Of a stretch of 64,000 nucleotides of DNA, positions 41,497 through 51,250 are shown in pieces. The first letter of the stretch is position 1, and every line of letters begins with the position of its first letter. The notes beneath the pieces were generated by a model that did no database searches, was not told the origin of the DNA, and saw nothing but the letters and a program-made list of their open reading frames with translations. The stretch comes from an uncultured Actinomycetes bacterium (GTDB lineage: Bacteria; Actinomycetota; Thermoleophilia; Gaiellales; Gaiellaceae), in contig CAVTBX010000005.1 of the NCBI GenBank assembly GCA_963733135.1, positions 77,450-141,449 on the forward strand, written 5' to 3'. The position numbers and the translations under genes were made by a program.

Positions 41497-41997
41497 TTAC
41501 GAAGCGCTGGTGCCGGCCGCCAGTAGGGCGTCCATCTGGCCGACCGACTGCTGCAGGCCCTCGAGCATGCCCATCTCGACCAGCTTGTCCAGTTCCTCGC
41601 GCGACTCGTAGGTCGACCGGATCTCCATCCGGATGCCGCCGCCACGTTCGCTGAGCCGCACGTCGACGGTGATCACCGGCATCTCCTCGTTGGGCGTTCC
41701 GTCGTCGTTGGCGAAGCCGTCGGTGAACTGCAGCGACATCGGCGGATCGACGGAAGTGACGCGCCACCAGCCGCGTGCCTGATCGCCCTCCGGGCCGGTC
41801 ATGAAGTAGGTGACCTCGCCGCCTGGCGACAGGTCGTGCTTCTCGAAGGTCGAGGGGTAGGTCGGCGGGCCCCACCAGCGCTCCAGCTTGCGTGGATCGG
41901 CCCAGAGTTGCCACACCTCGTCCATCGGAGCGTCGAAGTCAGCCAACAGGGTCGTCGTCAGGTTGTCGTAGTCCGTATCGACGCTTGTCACGCTCAT
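41497..41997 (-). CDS. SRPBCC/AHSA1-family protein
   Basis: Internal ATG with ATGA overlap onto the ArsR stop. WADPRKLERWWGP is typical of the family. Confidence 0.8.
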   Translation of the reverse strand: MSVTSVDTDYDNLTTTLLADFDAPMDEVWQLWADPRKLERWWGPPTYPSTFEKHDLSPGGEVTYFMTGPEGDQARGWWRVTSVDPPMSLQFTDGFANDDGTPNEEMPVITVDVRLSERGGGIRMEIRSTYESREELDKLVEMGMLEGLQQSVGQMDALLAAGTSAS

Positions 41998-42368
41998 CCT
42001 GTCGTGTCCTCCTCTGAGTTTGTCTTTCGCGGCTTCGGACGTCCCGCGAGCAGATCCGACATCCGCCCGGCGCGGCCCAGCCAAGTCTGTTCGAGCTCGT
42101 CGAGAACCTGTCGCACCCGCTCCATGGCGGCGCGGTCGGTCTGCACCAGCTGTTCTCGCCCGCGCCGCTCCTTCGTGACCAAGCCCGCCCGTTCCAGCAC
42201 CGCGACGTGCTTCTGCACCGCCGCAAAGCTCATCGGGTAGCCCTCAGCCAGACGCGACACAGACCGGTCTCCCTCCGCGCAGCGGCGAAGGATGTCCCGA
42301 CGGGTGGCGTCCGAGAGCGCGCGGAACAGGTCGTCCGCGGCTTCGCCGGTCAGTTCATCTACAACCAT
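41994..42368 (-). CDS. ArsR/SmtB-family transcriptional regulator
   Basis: The HTH reads LSDATRRDILRRCAEGDRSVSRLAEGYPMSFAAVQKHVAVLERAGLV. Confidence 0.85.
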   Translation of the reverse strand: MVVDELTGEAADDLFRALSDATRRDILRRCAEGDRSVSRLAEGYPMSFAAVQKHVAVLERAGLVTKERRGREQLVQTDRAAMERVRQVLDELEQTWLGRAGRMSDLLAGRPKPRKTNSEEDTTG

Positions 42369-42377
42369 TTAGTTGTA
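42360..42377. promoter_or_regulatory. Inverted repeat TACAAC-N6-GTTGTA over the ArsR start codon (candidate auto-operator)
   Basis: Perfect 6-bp arms in an AT-rich patch. On the minus strand a TAACGT -10-like box (42377-42382) lies 8 nt before the ATG. Confidence 0.4.
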
Positions 42378-42476
42378 CGTTAGAGCAAGCCGCCGTCTGC
42401 TGCAAAGGGGGCGCTGCTCGCGGCATCCGCGACCAGAGAGGCGGAAGAGTTGGCTGCCGCCGCCGACGTACGGGCG

Positions 42477-43556
42477 TCAGCGCACGTCGACGTAGGAGAC
42501 TTCGATTGCGTTGTTTCCGTAGCCGAGCCGGTTCCAGGGCGGGACCTCGGGTTGCACGTCGCCGGCCGCGTCGGTTGCTCGGGCGCGAAGGGAGTGTCGG
42601 CCGATGTTGGACGCCTCCCAGTCGAGCGACCAATCCTGCCATTGGTACGGACCCTTCGGGCGCTCGAGCTTCGCCGGGTGCCAGTCTCCCTCGCCGGTGA
42701 AGCTGACGTGGACGTCGGTTACCGGTCCGCTGCCTGACCAGGCCTTCCCGCGCACGGTGTACTCGCCGGTGGCGATCGTCGCGCCGGGGGCGGGGTCGGT
42801 AATGCGGGCGCGGACCCGCATCAGGGTGACGCGTTCGTGCTCTTGATCCGGCCATTCGTACACGTAGTGGCCGGTCTGAAACTCGCCCACGTACGGTTCG
42901 GTCAGGACGTCGATCCGCTTCAGCCATTTCACGGAGGCGACGGCGTACCAGTGGGGCACGATCAGCCGGAAGGGGGCCCCGTGGTCGGCGATCAGCGGCT
43001 GGCCGTTCATCTCGTAGGCGATCAGGATCTCTGCCGCCGGATCGGTTGCGTGAGCGAGGGCGAGCGAGCGCACGAAGCGCAAGTCGGACTGATTGGTCTC
43101 CGCAAGCACCGGCTTGAGGTGATACGGGCCGTGATCGGCGCCCTCGAAGCGCACCTCGAGGCCGTCCGCTGCCGGGTGCGCTTGCTCTAGCACCTCGTGC
43201 AGGAGAACGCCCTTCCACCGGGCGGTCGAGACCGCGAAGTCGCCCCATGGCTCGCCGACCGGCAGCGGCCGCGTCTCGAGGCGCCCGTTCCCGGCACATT
43301 CGAGCGTCACGGCGCGTTCGACCGCCGGCATGGCGCGCAGTTCGTCGAGCGTGAGCTTGGTCGGGTGATCGACCGCGCCGCCGACTTCGAGCGTGCCGTC
43401 GTGGGTCGGTACCGCGAAGTTGCTGCGGACGTAGTGGAGCTCGACCGGGGTGATCTCGCCGGCGAGTGCTTCAGGCGGCGCTTCAGCATTGAAGGGCGCC
43501 GGGTTGATCATTCGAAGCGCGGCGCGCGATTTTTCAAGCTCGTCTGCTACGGCCAT
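42477..43556 (-). CDS. Sulfite-oxidase-family molybdopterin oxidoreductase
   Basis: Oxidored_molyb core (HYVRSNF...LECAGNGR) plus a C-terminal Mo-co dimerisation domain. Confidence 0.85.
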   Translation of the reverse strand: MAVADELEKSRAALRMINPAPFNAEAPPEALAGEITPVELHYVRSNFAVPTHDGTLEVGGAVDHPTKLTLDELRAMPAVERAVTLECAGNGRLETRPLPVGEPWGDFAVSTARWKGVLLHEVLEQAHPAADGLEVRFEGADHGPYHLKPVLAETNQSDLRFVRSLALAHATDPAAEILIAYEMNGQPLIADHGAPFRLIVPHWYAVASVKWLKRIDVLTEPYVGEFQTGHYVYEWPDQEHERVTLMRVRARITDPAPGATIATGEYTVRGKAWSGSGPVTDVHVSFTGEGDWHPAKLERPKGPYQWQDWSLDWEASNIGRHSLRARATDAAGDVQPEVPPWNRLGYGNNAIEVSYVDVR

Positions 43557-43598
43557 GTCTCAGTCTCCTCGCGTTTGGTTTGGTTCGCGGTGCCGGCG

Positions 43599-44465
43599 TC
43601 AGTAGTCGGTGTCCTGGAACGTCGGGTCGCGGTCGTCGTTGAAGGCGCCTATGCCCTCGATGCGGTCGGGATGCACGGCCGAGCGCCAGTGCGCCTCCAT
43701 CATGATCGCGATCGCCTGCTCGATGGGTTGCCCCTCACCCATCCGCACGGCCCGCTTCACGGACTGGACTGCCGTCGGCGAGTTGCTCGCGATCTTCGCT
43801 GCGATCCGGTGCGCAGCGTCCATCAGCTCGGCCTGCGGGTAGAGCTCGTTGACCATCCCCAGGCGGTAGGCCTCTTCCGCGGTTATCGGGTCGCCGGTCA
43901 TCAGCATCTGCAGTGCTTTCCCCGGCGGCAGAGCGCGTGGAAGAAAGACTGGTGAGCCGCCGCCGGCAGCGAGGCCGATCATCGCTTCGGGCTGGCCGAA
44001 CGTGGCGTTTTCGGAAGCGATGATGAAATCGGTGCTCTGGGCGATCTCGGAGCCGCCGCCGTAAGCGATCCCGTTCACGGCGGCGAAGATCGGCTTTCGC
44101 AGCTGCCGCAGCGTATAGAGCGTGCGATCGAAGTCCTGACGCTGGCGCAGCCAGTCCTCTTTGGTCATGTCCTTGCGTTGACGCAGATCGCTGCCCACCG
44201 AGAACGCGCGCGTACCGGCGCCGGTGATGATGGCGACGCGGATAGAGGGACGAACCGCGATCGTCTCGAGGATCTCGGTCAGCCGCGCGCCCATCTCGGT
44301 GGTGATCGCGTTGTCGGCGTGTGGCCGGTTCAGGGTGATCACAGCGACGTGCCCGTCGGCGACGTAGTCTGCGAGCACGGGCTGGTCGGGCTCGTCCTCG
44401 CCGGACGGCGGCGGGCCGAAGTCGAGCGCCTTCCAGCGATCGGTGCCTGTGTGGGTCGTTGCCAC
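43599..44465 (-). CDS. Enoyl-CoA hydratase/isomerase (crotonase) family protein
   Basis: GTG 44465 with a GGAAGGAG RBS. ITGAGTRAFSVGSDL and AAVNGIAYGGGSEIA motifs are present. Confidence 0.85.
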   Translation of the reverse strand: MATTHTGTDRWKALDFGPPPSGEDEPDQPVLADYVADGHVAVITLNRPHADNAITTEMGARLTEILETIAVRPSIRVAIITGAGTRAFSVGSDLRQRKDMTKEDWLRQRQDFDRTLYTLRQLRKPIFAAVNGIAYGGGSEIAQSTDFIIASENATFGQPEAMIGLAAGGGSPVFLPRALPPGKALQMLMTGDPITAEEAYRLGMVNELYPQAELMDAAHRIAAKIASNSPTAVQSVKRAVRMGEGQPIEQAIAIMMEAHWRSAVHPDRIEGIGAFNDDRDPTFQDTDY

Positions 44466-44479
44466 GTCTTCTCCTTCCG

Positions 44480-45844
44480 TCACGTCGTGAGCTCCCCTAG
44501 CCAGCGCAGCGCTCGCATGCCCGGGGCGAAGCAGTACTCGCCGCCGCGGGTGACGACGAAGGGCGGCAGTTCCTGCAGGCGGCGGCGGATGGGCCGCTCG
44601 GGGATTGTGAAGCTGCTGGATCCTTTCTTCGATCCGACGAGGGGGTCGCTCTCGGCTGGGGCGCCGATGAAGATGCCGTCGTTCAGCCATTGGGTCTTGA
44701 CGAACTCGAACTGGCGCTTCACGTGTGCGCCGGCGAACACGAAGATGATCCCGCGGTCCTCACCGTCGTCCTCGAGCGTCCCTTCGGGCAGCATCGGCCC
44801 GTAGCTCGTGCCGCGGCGAATCATCCGGTGGAGGCGAACGTTGACGCTTCCTTCCTGGTCGAGCGCGTCCCGCGGGTTGGCGCGGCGTGCGTGCGCGCCG
44901 GCCGGGCACTTGAACCCACGCAGATCGTCTCCGTAGAGGAAATCGTTGTTGCGCTTCGGGTCGGCGCCGAGCTGGGGATCGTCGCGCTCGTGGGAGAGCG
45001 CCAACGGCGCCCCGCTCTGCCAGCGTCCGACCATCTTCGCCCCCAGCAACGCCTCCTCTTCGCGGCTCGCTGCCTTCGCGTGCAAGTACTGCCGGTAGGC
45101 CGCGACCCGCGTGTGCAGCTTGCGGAAGACGACGTAGGTGCCGTTGCGGCCGAGCACCTCGGGAGTCGGCATCGGCGGCAGCTCTCCGGTCTCGTCCGGG
45201 TAGCCGAGGATGATCTCGCCGGCCCTGATCAGCTGCTCCTTCGGGTTGGATGGCGAAATCCCGCTTCCTTCGACCGCGGGCTGGCCAATGCCGTCCTTGA
45301 ATCCAAAGGAGGTCCGTCCGGTCGGGAGCTGGTAGCAGTCCTGGCGCCAGATCACCTCGACACCGGGCAGCCGCTCGTGCGCGTCACGTGCCCGCTCGGC
45401 GAGCGCCTCTAAGCCTGCCGCATCGGGCGAGAGCACCGCCAGCGCGACGTGCACGTCGGCCGTCCCGAGCGGCTTCTCCCAGTGTTCGGGGCTGCTCTCG
45501 CCGACGTCGCCGAGGTCGGCCGCGCGCGCCGCCATCCCCTGCCGGAACTCTGGCGAGAAGCTGTCGAGCGACTCCCGCGGTACGCCCAGCGCCTCAAGAC
45601 CGTGATAGGTGAAGGCGACGGTGATCCAGGCGTCGTGCGCCGGATCCGCCGACGGCCGGCCGGAGTCGACGAAGGGATGCAGACGCCGCACCAGTTCCCG
45701 TCCCGCCGCTCGGTCGTCGATTCGGAGCAGCAGGTACCTGCCCACATAGGGCGAGGGTCGCTCGTGCAGCGCGCCGCTCTGGATGTCGTCGAGCTCCAAG
45801 CTCGCACCCTCGCCCACGGTCATCGTGCCCTCGGTCATCCCCAT
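44480..45844 (-). CDS. Dyp-type (dye-decolorizing) heme peroxidase
   Basis: 454 aa. FGFKDGIGQP and GAHARRANPRD (proximal His region) are present. No signal peptide was seen. Confidence 0.88.
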   Translation of the reverse strand: MGMTEGTMTVGEGASLELDDIQSGALHERPSPYVGRYLLLRIDDRAAGRELVRRLHPFVDSGRPSADPAHDAWITVAFTYHGLEALGVPRESLDSFSPEFRQGMAARAADLGDVGESSPEHWEKPLGTADVHVALAVLSPDAAGLEALAERARDAHERLPGVEVIWRQDCYQLPTGRTSFGFKDGIGQPAVEGSGISPSNPKEQLIRAGEIILGYPDETGELPPMPTPEVLGRNGTYVVFRKLHTRVAAYRQYLHAKAASREEEALLGAKMVGRWQSGAPLALSHERDDPQLGADPKRNNDFLYGDDLRGFKCPAGAHARRANPRDALDQEGSVNVRLHRMIRRGTSYGPMLPEGTLEDDGEDRGIIFVFAGAHVKRQFEFVKTQWLNDGIFIGAPAESDPLVGSKKGSSSFTIPERPIRRRLQELPPFVVTRGGEYCFAPGMRALRWLGELTT

Positions 45845-46974
45845 CAGTGGTGCTCAGGGGGCTCGGGCGGATCCGGATTCGCGGGCGCAAGGTAGGGGAA
45901 GCTGCGCGAGGCGGGCCTGGTCGACTGGTCAACGCCGTCGCGGATCACGGGGCCGTTGCCCGCGTTGATCAGCAGCGTGAAGATCGTGTCCATGACGTCG
46001 TCGTTGAGCGCCCGTCCACCGCACGTTTCGTGTCCACGGCCCTCGCGGGCGGCACGCTCGATCTCCAGGAACGAGCCCTGCTCGGCGTGCGGCTTGGTGG
46101 CGTCGACGACCAAGTAATCGGCGAGAACGAGCTCGGTCAGCGGGTGGGTGCCATTCCCGTCCGTAGGCCAGTCCGTCTTGCCGTCGAGGCCGTCCCAGAA
46201 AGTGAGATTGGCGTTGAGCCGCGCCCGGTATGCGTCTTGGTAACCATCGGCGAGGTGAAACGCGTCCTCCATGTTGTAGAGATCGCGGATCTCGAGGTCG
46301 CGGTTCACCGGATCGAACTGCTTCGGCGCGAGCATCATGTTCTTCACCTCCGGCCTGCCGACGCGCTCGATCCGCACCGCGAGCCTACCCCGAGTCAGCG
46401 TCTCCGCGACCACCCCAACCAGCTCCAGATCGTTCAAGACCTGCGCGCAGTCGACCTCGACCACGAGGCTGAGGACGTTCTTCCCATCCATGTAGATCGC
46501 GCCCGGATCGGTGAACGCGAGCTTTCCGGTCGCGATCGTCTTCAGCGCCGCCGGGGCGTCCATTATGAACGAATCCCAGCGCGGGCCGGCAAACACACGC
46601 ACGCCATGACCGGAACCGCCCTGCTCGTCGTTTACAAAAAAGGTGACCGTGTCGCCTGCCGGCGTCGTGCATACGCCTTCCTGTCCTCGCACACCGTCGC
46701 CCGTGGCGGGTTCGGAAAACACGCAATCGAATACGAACTCTTCCTCGGCGACAGCGAACGGCGCAGGGTCGCTCGGGGCTCCCGCCGCGAGCGGTCGCAA
46801 CCGGAAGCGGTAGACAAGCCCGTCCGAGAACAGTGCCGTCGGCTGCGCGAACGGGAGCGTGTTCTGCACAAGCACCAGATGCCCCTGACGCTCGGGGCTT
46901 GGAAACGCGTACACGTCGGTGATGTCCGCGATCGGCTCCGCCAGCGCCCGAGGACCCGAGATGTGATCCGACAT
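45844..46974 (-). CDS. DUF4331 family protein
   Basis: The N-terminus HISGPRALAEPIADITDVYAFPSP is the family hallmark. 1-nt overlap with the Dyp start. Confidence 0.8.
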   Translation of the reverse strand: MSDHISGPRALAEPIADITDVYAFPSPERQGHLVLVQNTLPFAQPTALFSDGLVYRFRLRPLAAGAPSDPAPFAVAEEEFVFDCVFSEPATGDGVRGQEGVCTTPAGDTVTFFVNDEQGGSGHGVRVFAGPRWDSFIMDAPAALKTIATGKLAFTDPGAIYMDGKNVLSLVVEVDCAQVLNDLELVGVVAETLTRGRLAVRIERVGRPEVKNMMLAPKQFDPVNRDLEIRDLYNMEDAFHLADGYQDAYRARLNANLTFWDGLDGKTDWPTDGNGTHPLTELVLADYLVVDATKPHAEQGSFLEIERAAREGRGHETCGGRALNDDVMDTIFTLLINAGNGPVIRDGVDQSTRPASRSFPYLAPANPDPPEPPEHH

Positions 46975-47004
46975 CGGCTCGTCCCGTCGCGTGCGCCCGG
47001 CTAG

Positions 47005-47553
47005 CTAGTCCGCTGCCTCGTCGAGCAGCGGCTTCAGCGCAGGATGCTGGAGCGCTTCGCCGGCTTCCGGATCATCGAGCACCCGCTGGAACGCTTCGTT
47101 CACACGCAAGGCTTTCCTGATCTCCTTCACGGTGCCTCCGTAGTTCCGCTGGTACGCCGCCGCCGTCTCCTCAGCCCCGAGGATGAACGCCTTCAGCGCC
47201 TCGAGGTCAGGCAGTCCCTCGTAGCCCTCGACATGCCGGAAGACGACGTCGAAGAGCGCCAGCGTCGGCCCTGAAATGAAGAAGTCGTCCATGTAGGCGT
47301 CCCAGGACCCGTCAAAGCTCGTGATGAACGCGAGCCGCTTGTCGCCGTCGAACAGAACGAATCTCGCCTCGTGAATCGTCGCGACCGCCATGCCGTAGTC
47401 GCCAGGCCGGTACCCCGGCGTCTCCTGCAGCTCACGAAGCGCCGCTCGAAGGCCTTCAGCCTCGCCAGGCTTGACACGGAAAAACAAGCTGAACTCGCTC
47501 GTTGGCCCAACCGAAAGGCCCGGGCGAACCGTCCCCGTTTCAGATGCTGACAT
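47005..47553 (-). CDS. Hypothetical protein (182 aa) heading the DUF4331-Dyp operon
   Basis: Internal ATG with a GGGAGG RBS. The sequence is globular-looking (IHEARFVLFDGDKRLAFITSFDGSWDAYMDDFF). I cannot name a family. Confidence 0.55.
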   Translation of the reverse strand: MSASETGTVRPGLSVGPTSEFSLFFRVKPGEAEGLRAALRELQETPGYRPGDYGMAVATIHEARFVLFDGDKRLAFITSFDGSWDAYMDDFFISGPTLALFDVVFRHVEGYEGLPDLEALKAFILGAEETAAAYQRNYGGTVKEIRKALRVNEAFQRVLDDPEAGEALQHPALKPLLDEAAD

Positions 47554-47651
47554 CCCTACCTCCCGTCGATCCGACGTTCCAGACGACACACGCCTAGCTC
47601 CCGACCAGCCAACGAGAAGCTTAATGCGGGGAGCGGGCTCGGGAGCCGGGC

Positions 47652-48131
<480 letters not shown>

Positions 48132-48514
48132 CGTTCCCTCCTGTGCAGGTCGGCGTGGCTCGATCAAGCCAGCTTCGAGCCGTAGCCGTGGATGTGGATC
48201 ACGTTTCCTGCAGGATCGCGGAAAGTGCCGCCGACGCGACGTCTCTGCAGCGCTCACCCAGTCAGCGCGCGCTCGCGGTCGCTGCATTCTTCGGCGGCAG
48301 CCTCACGCCTGCGGTCGGTAGGCACGTCACCCACATTCTCCAGAGGCTGAATCTCCGCGATCGCGTCCAAGCGGTCGTGCTCGCATACCAGGCCGGGATC
48401 TTCGAAGCGGATACGCAGACGGCCAGGCAGCTCCGGTAGCAGGCCCACCGACCGCGCCTGATCGATCCCAAGCCCCGCCGCTTGACAGGGCAGCTCACGT
48501 CTGGTCGAATTGAT

Positions 48515-48532
48515 CTTAGTCAAGTGACTAAG
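48515..48532. promoter_or_regulatory. Perfect palindrome CTTAGTCA-AG-TGACTAAG (candidate TetR operator)
   Basis: 8-bp arms. It lies 28 nt downstream of a TTGACA hexamer (48482-48487) and just upstream of or over the TetR start. Confidence 0.5.
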
Positions 48533-49144
48533 ACTCTGGATCCCCTTCATGATTCAGCGACCGACGTGACCGAGCTCGCTCAGAAGACCCCGGCCCGCTT
48601 GGCCGCCGAGGAGGCGCTGCTCAACGCGGCGGAGCGGCTGCTGGCCGACGTCGGCTACGCGGGCATCACGACGCGGCGGCTCGCCGAGGCCGCGGGCGTC
48701 AACCACGGGCTCGTTCACTACTACTTCGGCTCGAACGAGGCCCTGCTAGTCCGTGCGCTCGAGCGGTTCACCGAGCGGCTGGTCACCCGCCAGCGCGAGC
48801 TGTACGCGGCCGACGAGCCGATCGTCGACAAGTGGCGGACAGCGATGCGCTACCTCGTGAGCGAGGACGCCACCTACGAAAAGATCTGGCTCGAGCTGCA
48901 GGCGCTCGGCTGGAACGACCCGGGCCTGCGCGCGCGCCTTGCGCAGGTGAACGCCGAGTGGCGCGCGGTGCTCACGGAGGCGTTCGAGGAACCGCACCGC
49001 CAGCTGGAGATCGAGATGCCGCTCGAGGCGCTCGTCTCGCTCGTGATGACGTTCAACCTCGGGATGATCGTCGAGCGCCTTGGCGGCATCGACACCGGTC
49101 ACGCAGAGCTCCTCGACTGGATCGACCAGTGGCTGTCGAGCTGA
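48524..49144 (+). CDS. TetR/AcrR-family transcriptional regulator (start uncertain: 48482 TTG, 48524 GTG or 48566 GTG)
   Basis: The HTH reads YAGITTRRLAEAAGVNHGLVHYYF. The operator and promoter lie inside the longest ORF, so a downstream start is favoured. Confidence 0.78.
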   Translation: MTKTLDPLHDSATDVTELAQKTPARLAAEEALLNAAERLLADVGYAGITTRRLAEAAGVNHGLVHYYFGSNEALLVRALERFTERLVTRQRELYAADEPIVDKWRTAMRYLVSEDATYEKIWLELQALGWNDPGLRARLAQVNAEWRAVLTEAFEEPHRQLEIEMPLEALVSLVMTFNLGMIVERLGGIDTGHAELLDWIDQWLSS

Positions 49145-51237
49145 CCGCACCCGCACCTGAGCAGACACGGGCGCACTATCCGGATGAATCGGGCTACGTC
49201 GAGCGCGACGGCGTGCGGCTCTACTGGGAGGTCTACGGCTCCGGCGAGCCGACGGTCTTCCTCCTGCCGACCTGGTCGATCATCCACTCGCGCCACTGGA
49301 AGATGCAGATCCCCTACCTCGCGCGGCACTGCCGCGTGCTCACGTTCGACGGGCGCGGCAACGGCCGCTCGGACCGGCCCGCGAGCGGCTACGAGGAGCA
49401 GGAGTTCGCTGCCGATTCGCTTGCGGTGCTGGATGCGACCGGCACCGAACACGCAGTCTTGGTCTCGCTCTCACTCGGCGCGCAGCGAGCGCTCCTTTTG
49501 GCGGCCAAGCAGCCTGAACGGGTTGATGGCGCGGTCTTCGTCTGTCCTTTCGTGCCGTTCGGCGAGCCGCCCGAGGGCCGCATCGACTACCCGTGGGACG
49601 AAGTGCTCGACACCGACGAAGGGTGGGCGAAGTACAACCCCTACTACTGGCTCCGCGACTACCGCGGCTTCCTCGAGTTCTTCTTCTCGCAGATGTTCAA
49701 CGAGCCGCACTCGACGAAGCCGATCGAGGACTGCATCGGCTGGGGTCTGGAGACGACGCCGGAGACGCTCGTCGCCACGGAGCTCGGCGAAGGGCTCGAC
49801 GAGGAAACCGCGCGCGACCTGTGCCGGCGCGTCAGCTGCCCCGTGCTCGTCATCCAGGGGACGAACGACGCGATCACGGGCCCAGGCGGCGGGATCGCGC
49901 TCGCCGAGGCGACTGGTGGCGACCTCGTCCTGCTGGACGGATCAGGTCATGGCCCGCACGTGCGCGACCCGGTCAAGGTGAACCTGCTCTTGCGCGACTT
50001 CGCCGTACCGACGCGGCAGCCCACGCGCTGGGTGCGCGGCAGGTCACGCCGAAAGCGCGCGCTCTACGTCTCCTCCCCCATCGGCCTCGGTCACGCGCAG
50101 CGAGACGCCGCCATCGCCGACGAGTTGCGCAAGCTCCACCCCGACCTCGAGATCGACTGGCTCGCGCAGCACCCGGTCACCGCGGTTCTGGAGGCGCGCG
50201 GCGAGCGCGTGCATCCGGCGAGCGGGCACCTGGCCAACGAATCGACGCACATCGAAAGCGAGTCGGCCGAGCACGATCTGCACTGCTTCCAGGCCATCCG
50301 GCGGATGGATGAGATCCTGCTCGCGAACTTCATGGTCTTCCACGACCTCGTCCGCGACGAGGACTACGACCTCTGGATCGGCGACGAGGCCTGGGAGCTG
50401 GACTACTACCTCCACGAGAACCCGGAGCAGAAGCGCGCCGCCTATGTGTGGCTGACGGACTTCGTCGGCTGGCTGCCCATGGAAGACGGCGGCTCGCGCG
50501 AGGCATTCCTGACCGCCGACTACAACGCTGAGATGATCGAGCACATCGCGCGCTTCCCGCGGGTGCGCGACCGGGCCGTCTTCGTCGGCAACTCCGACGA
50601 CATCGTCCCCGACGTCTTCGGCCCTGAGCTACCGCTGATCCGTGACTGGACCGAGCGCCACTACGACTTCGCCGGCTACGTCACGGGCTTCGACCCCCGC
50701 GAGCTCGGCGACCGGGGCGCTCTCGGCTACGCGGACGACGAGCGCGTCTGCATCGTGACCGTCGGCGGCTCGGGCGTGGGAGCTCACCTGCTGCGGCGCG
50801 TCATCGATGCGTTCCCGGAGGCGAAGGAGCGCGTGCCAGACCTGCGGATGATCGTCGTCGCGGGTCCCCGGATCGACCCCGAGAGCCTGCCGCAGCACGA
50901 CGGCCTCGAAGTGCGGGCCTACGTCCACGATCTCTACCGCCACCTGGCCGTGTGCGACCTGGCGGTCGTGCAGGGTGGGCTGACGACAGCGATGGAGCTG
51001 ACCGCGAACAGGCGGCCGTTCCTCTACTTCCCGCTCCGTCACCACTTCGAGCAGAACTTCCACGTACGCCACAGACTGGAGCGCTACGGCGCGGGACGCT
51101 GTATGGACTTCGAGCACGACGGACCAGCCGAGATCGCCGCAGCGATCTCCGAGGAGATCAGGCGCGAGGTCGACTACCGGCCCGTCGAGACCGACGGGGC
51201 TGCGCGCGCAGCGAAGCTGATCGCCGACCTGATCTAG
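49129..51237 (+). CDS. Fusion protein: alpha/beta hydrolase (N) + GT-B-fold glycosyltransferase-like domain (C)
   Basis: GTG 49129 overlaps the TetR end by 16 nt. The N-terminal half has hydrolase motifs (LVSLSLGAQ nucleophile elbow, GSGHGPH). The C-terminal ~400 aa (SSPIGLGHAQRD...VVQGGLTTAMEL) resemble MGT/UDP-glycosyltransferase-type enzymes. Confidence 0.78.
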   Translation: MAVELTAPAPEQTRAHYPDESGYVERDGVRLYWEVYGSGEPTVFLLPTWSIIHSRHWKMQIPYLARHCRVLTFDGRGNGRSDRPASGYEEQEFAADSLAVLDATGTEHAVLVSLSLGAQRALLLAAKQPERVDGAVFVCPFVPFGEPPEGRIDYPWDEVLDTDEGWAKYNPYYWLRDYRGFLEFFFSQMFNEPHSTKPIEDCIGWGLETTPETLVATELGEGLDEETARDLCRRVSCPVLVIQGTNDAITGPGGGIALAEATGGDLVLLDGSGHGPHVRDPVKVNLLLRDFAVPTRQPTRWVRGRSRRKRALYVSSPIGLGHAQRDAAIADELRKLHPDLEIDWLAQHPVTAVLEARGERVHPASGHLANESTHIESESAEHDLHCFQAIRRMDEILLANFMVFHDLVRDEDYDLWIGDEAWELDYYLHENPEQKRAAYVWLTDFVGWLPMEDGGSREAFLTADYNAEMIEHIARFPRVRDRAVFVGNSDDIVPDVFGPELPLIRDWTERHYDFAGYVTGFDPRELGDRGALGYADDERVCIVTVGGSGVGAHLLRRVIDAFPEAKERVPDLRMIVVAGPRIDPESLPQHDGLEVRAYVHDLYRHLAVCDLAVVQGGLTTAMELTANRRPFLYFPLRHHFEQNFHVRHRLERYGAGRCMDFEHDGPAEIAAAISEEIRREVDYRPVETDGAARAAKLIADLI

Positions 51238-51250
51238 GAGGGCTTCTTGG

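Noticed and set aside
48320-48439. LuxR-type HTH tail (THILQRLNLRDRVQAVVLAYQAGIF) in ORF 48122..48439
   Set aside because: Only the last ~30 residues of a LuxR/FixJ output domain are present, with no receiver or upstream HTH helices. It is a fragment and is mentioned only as part of the decay pattern.
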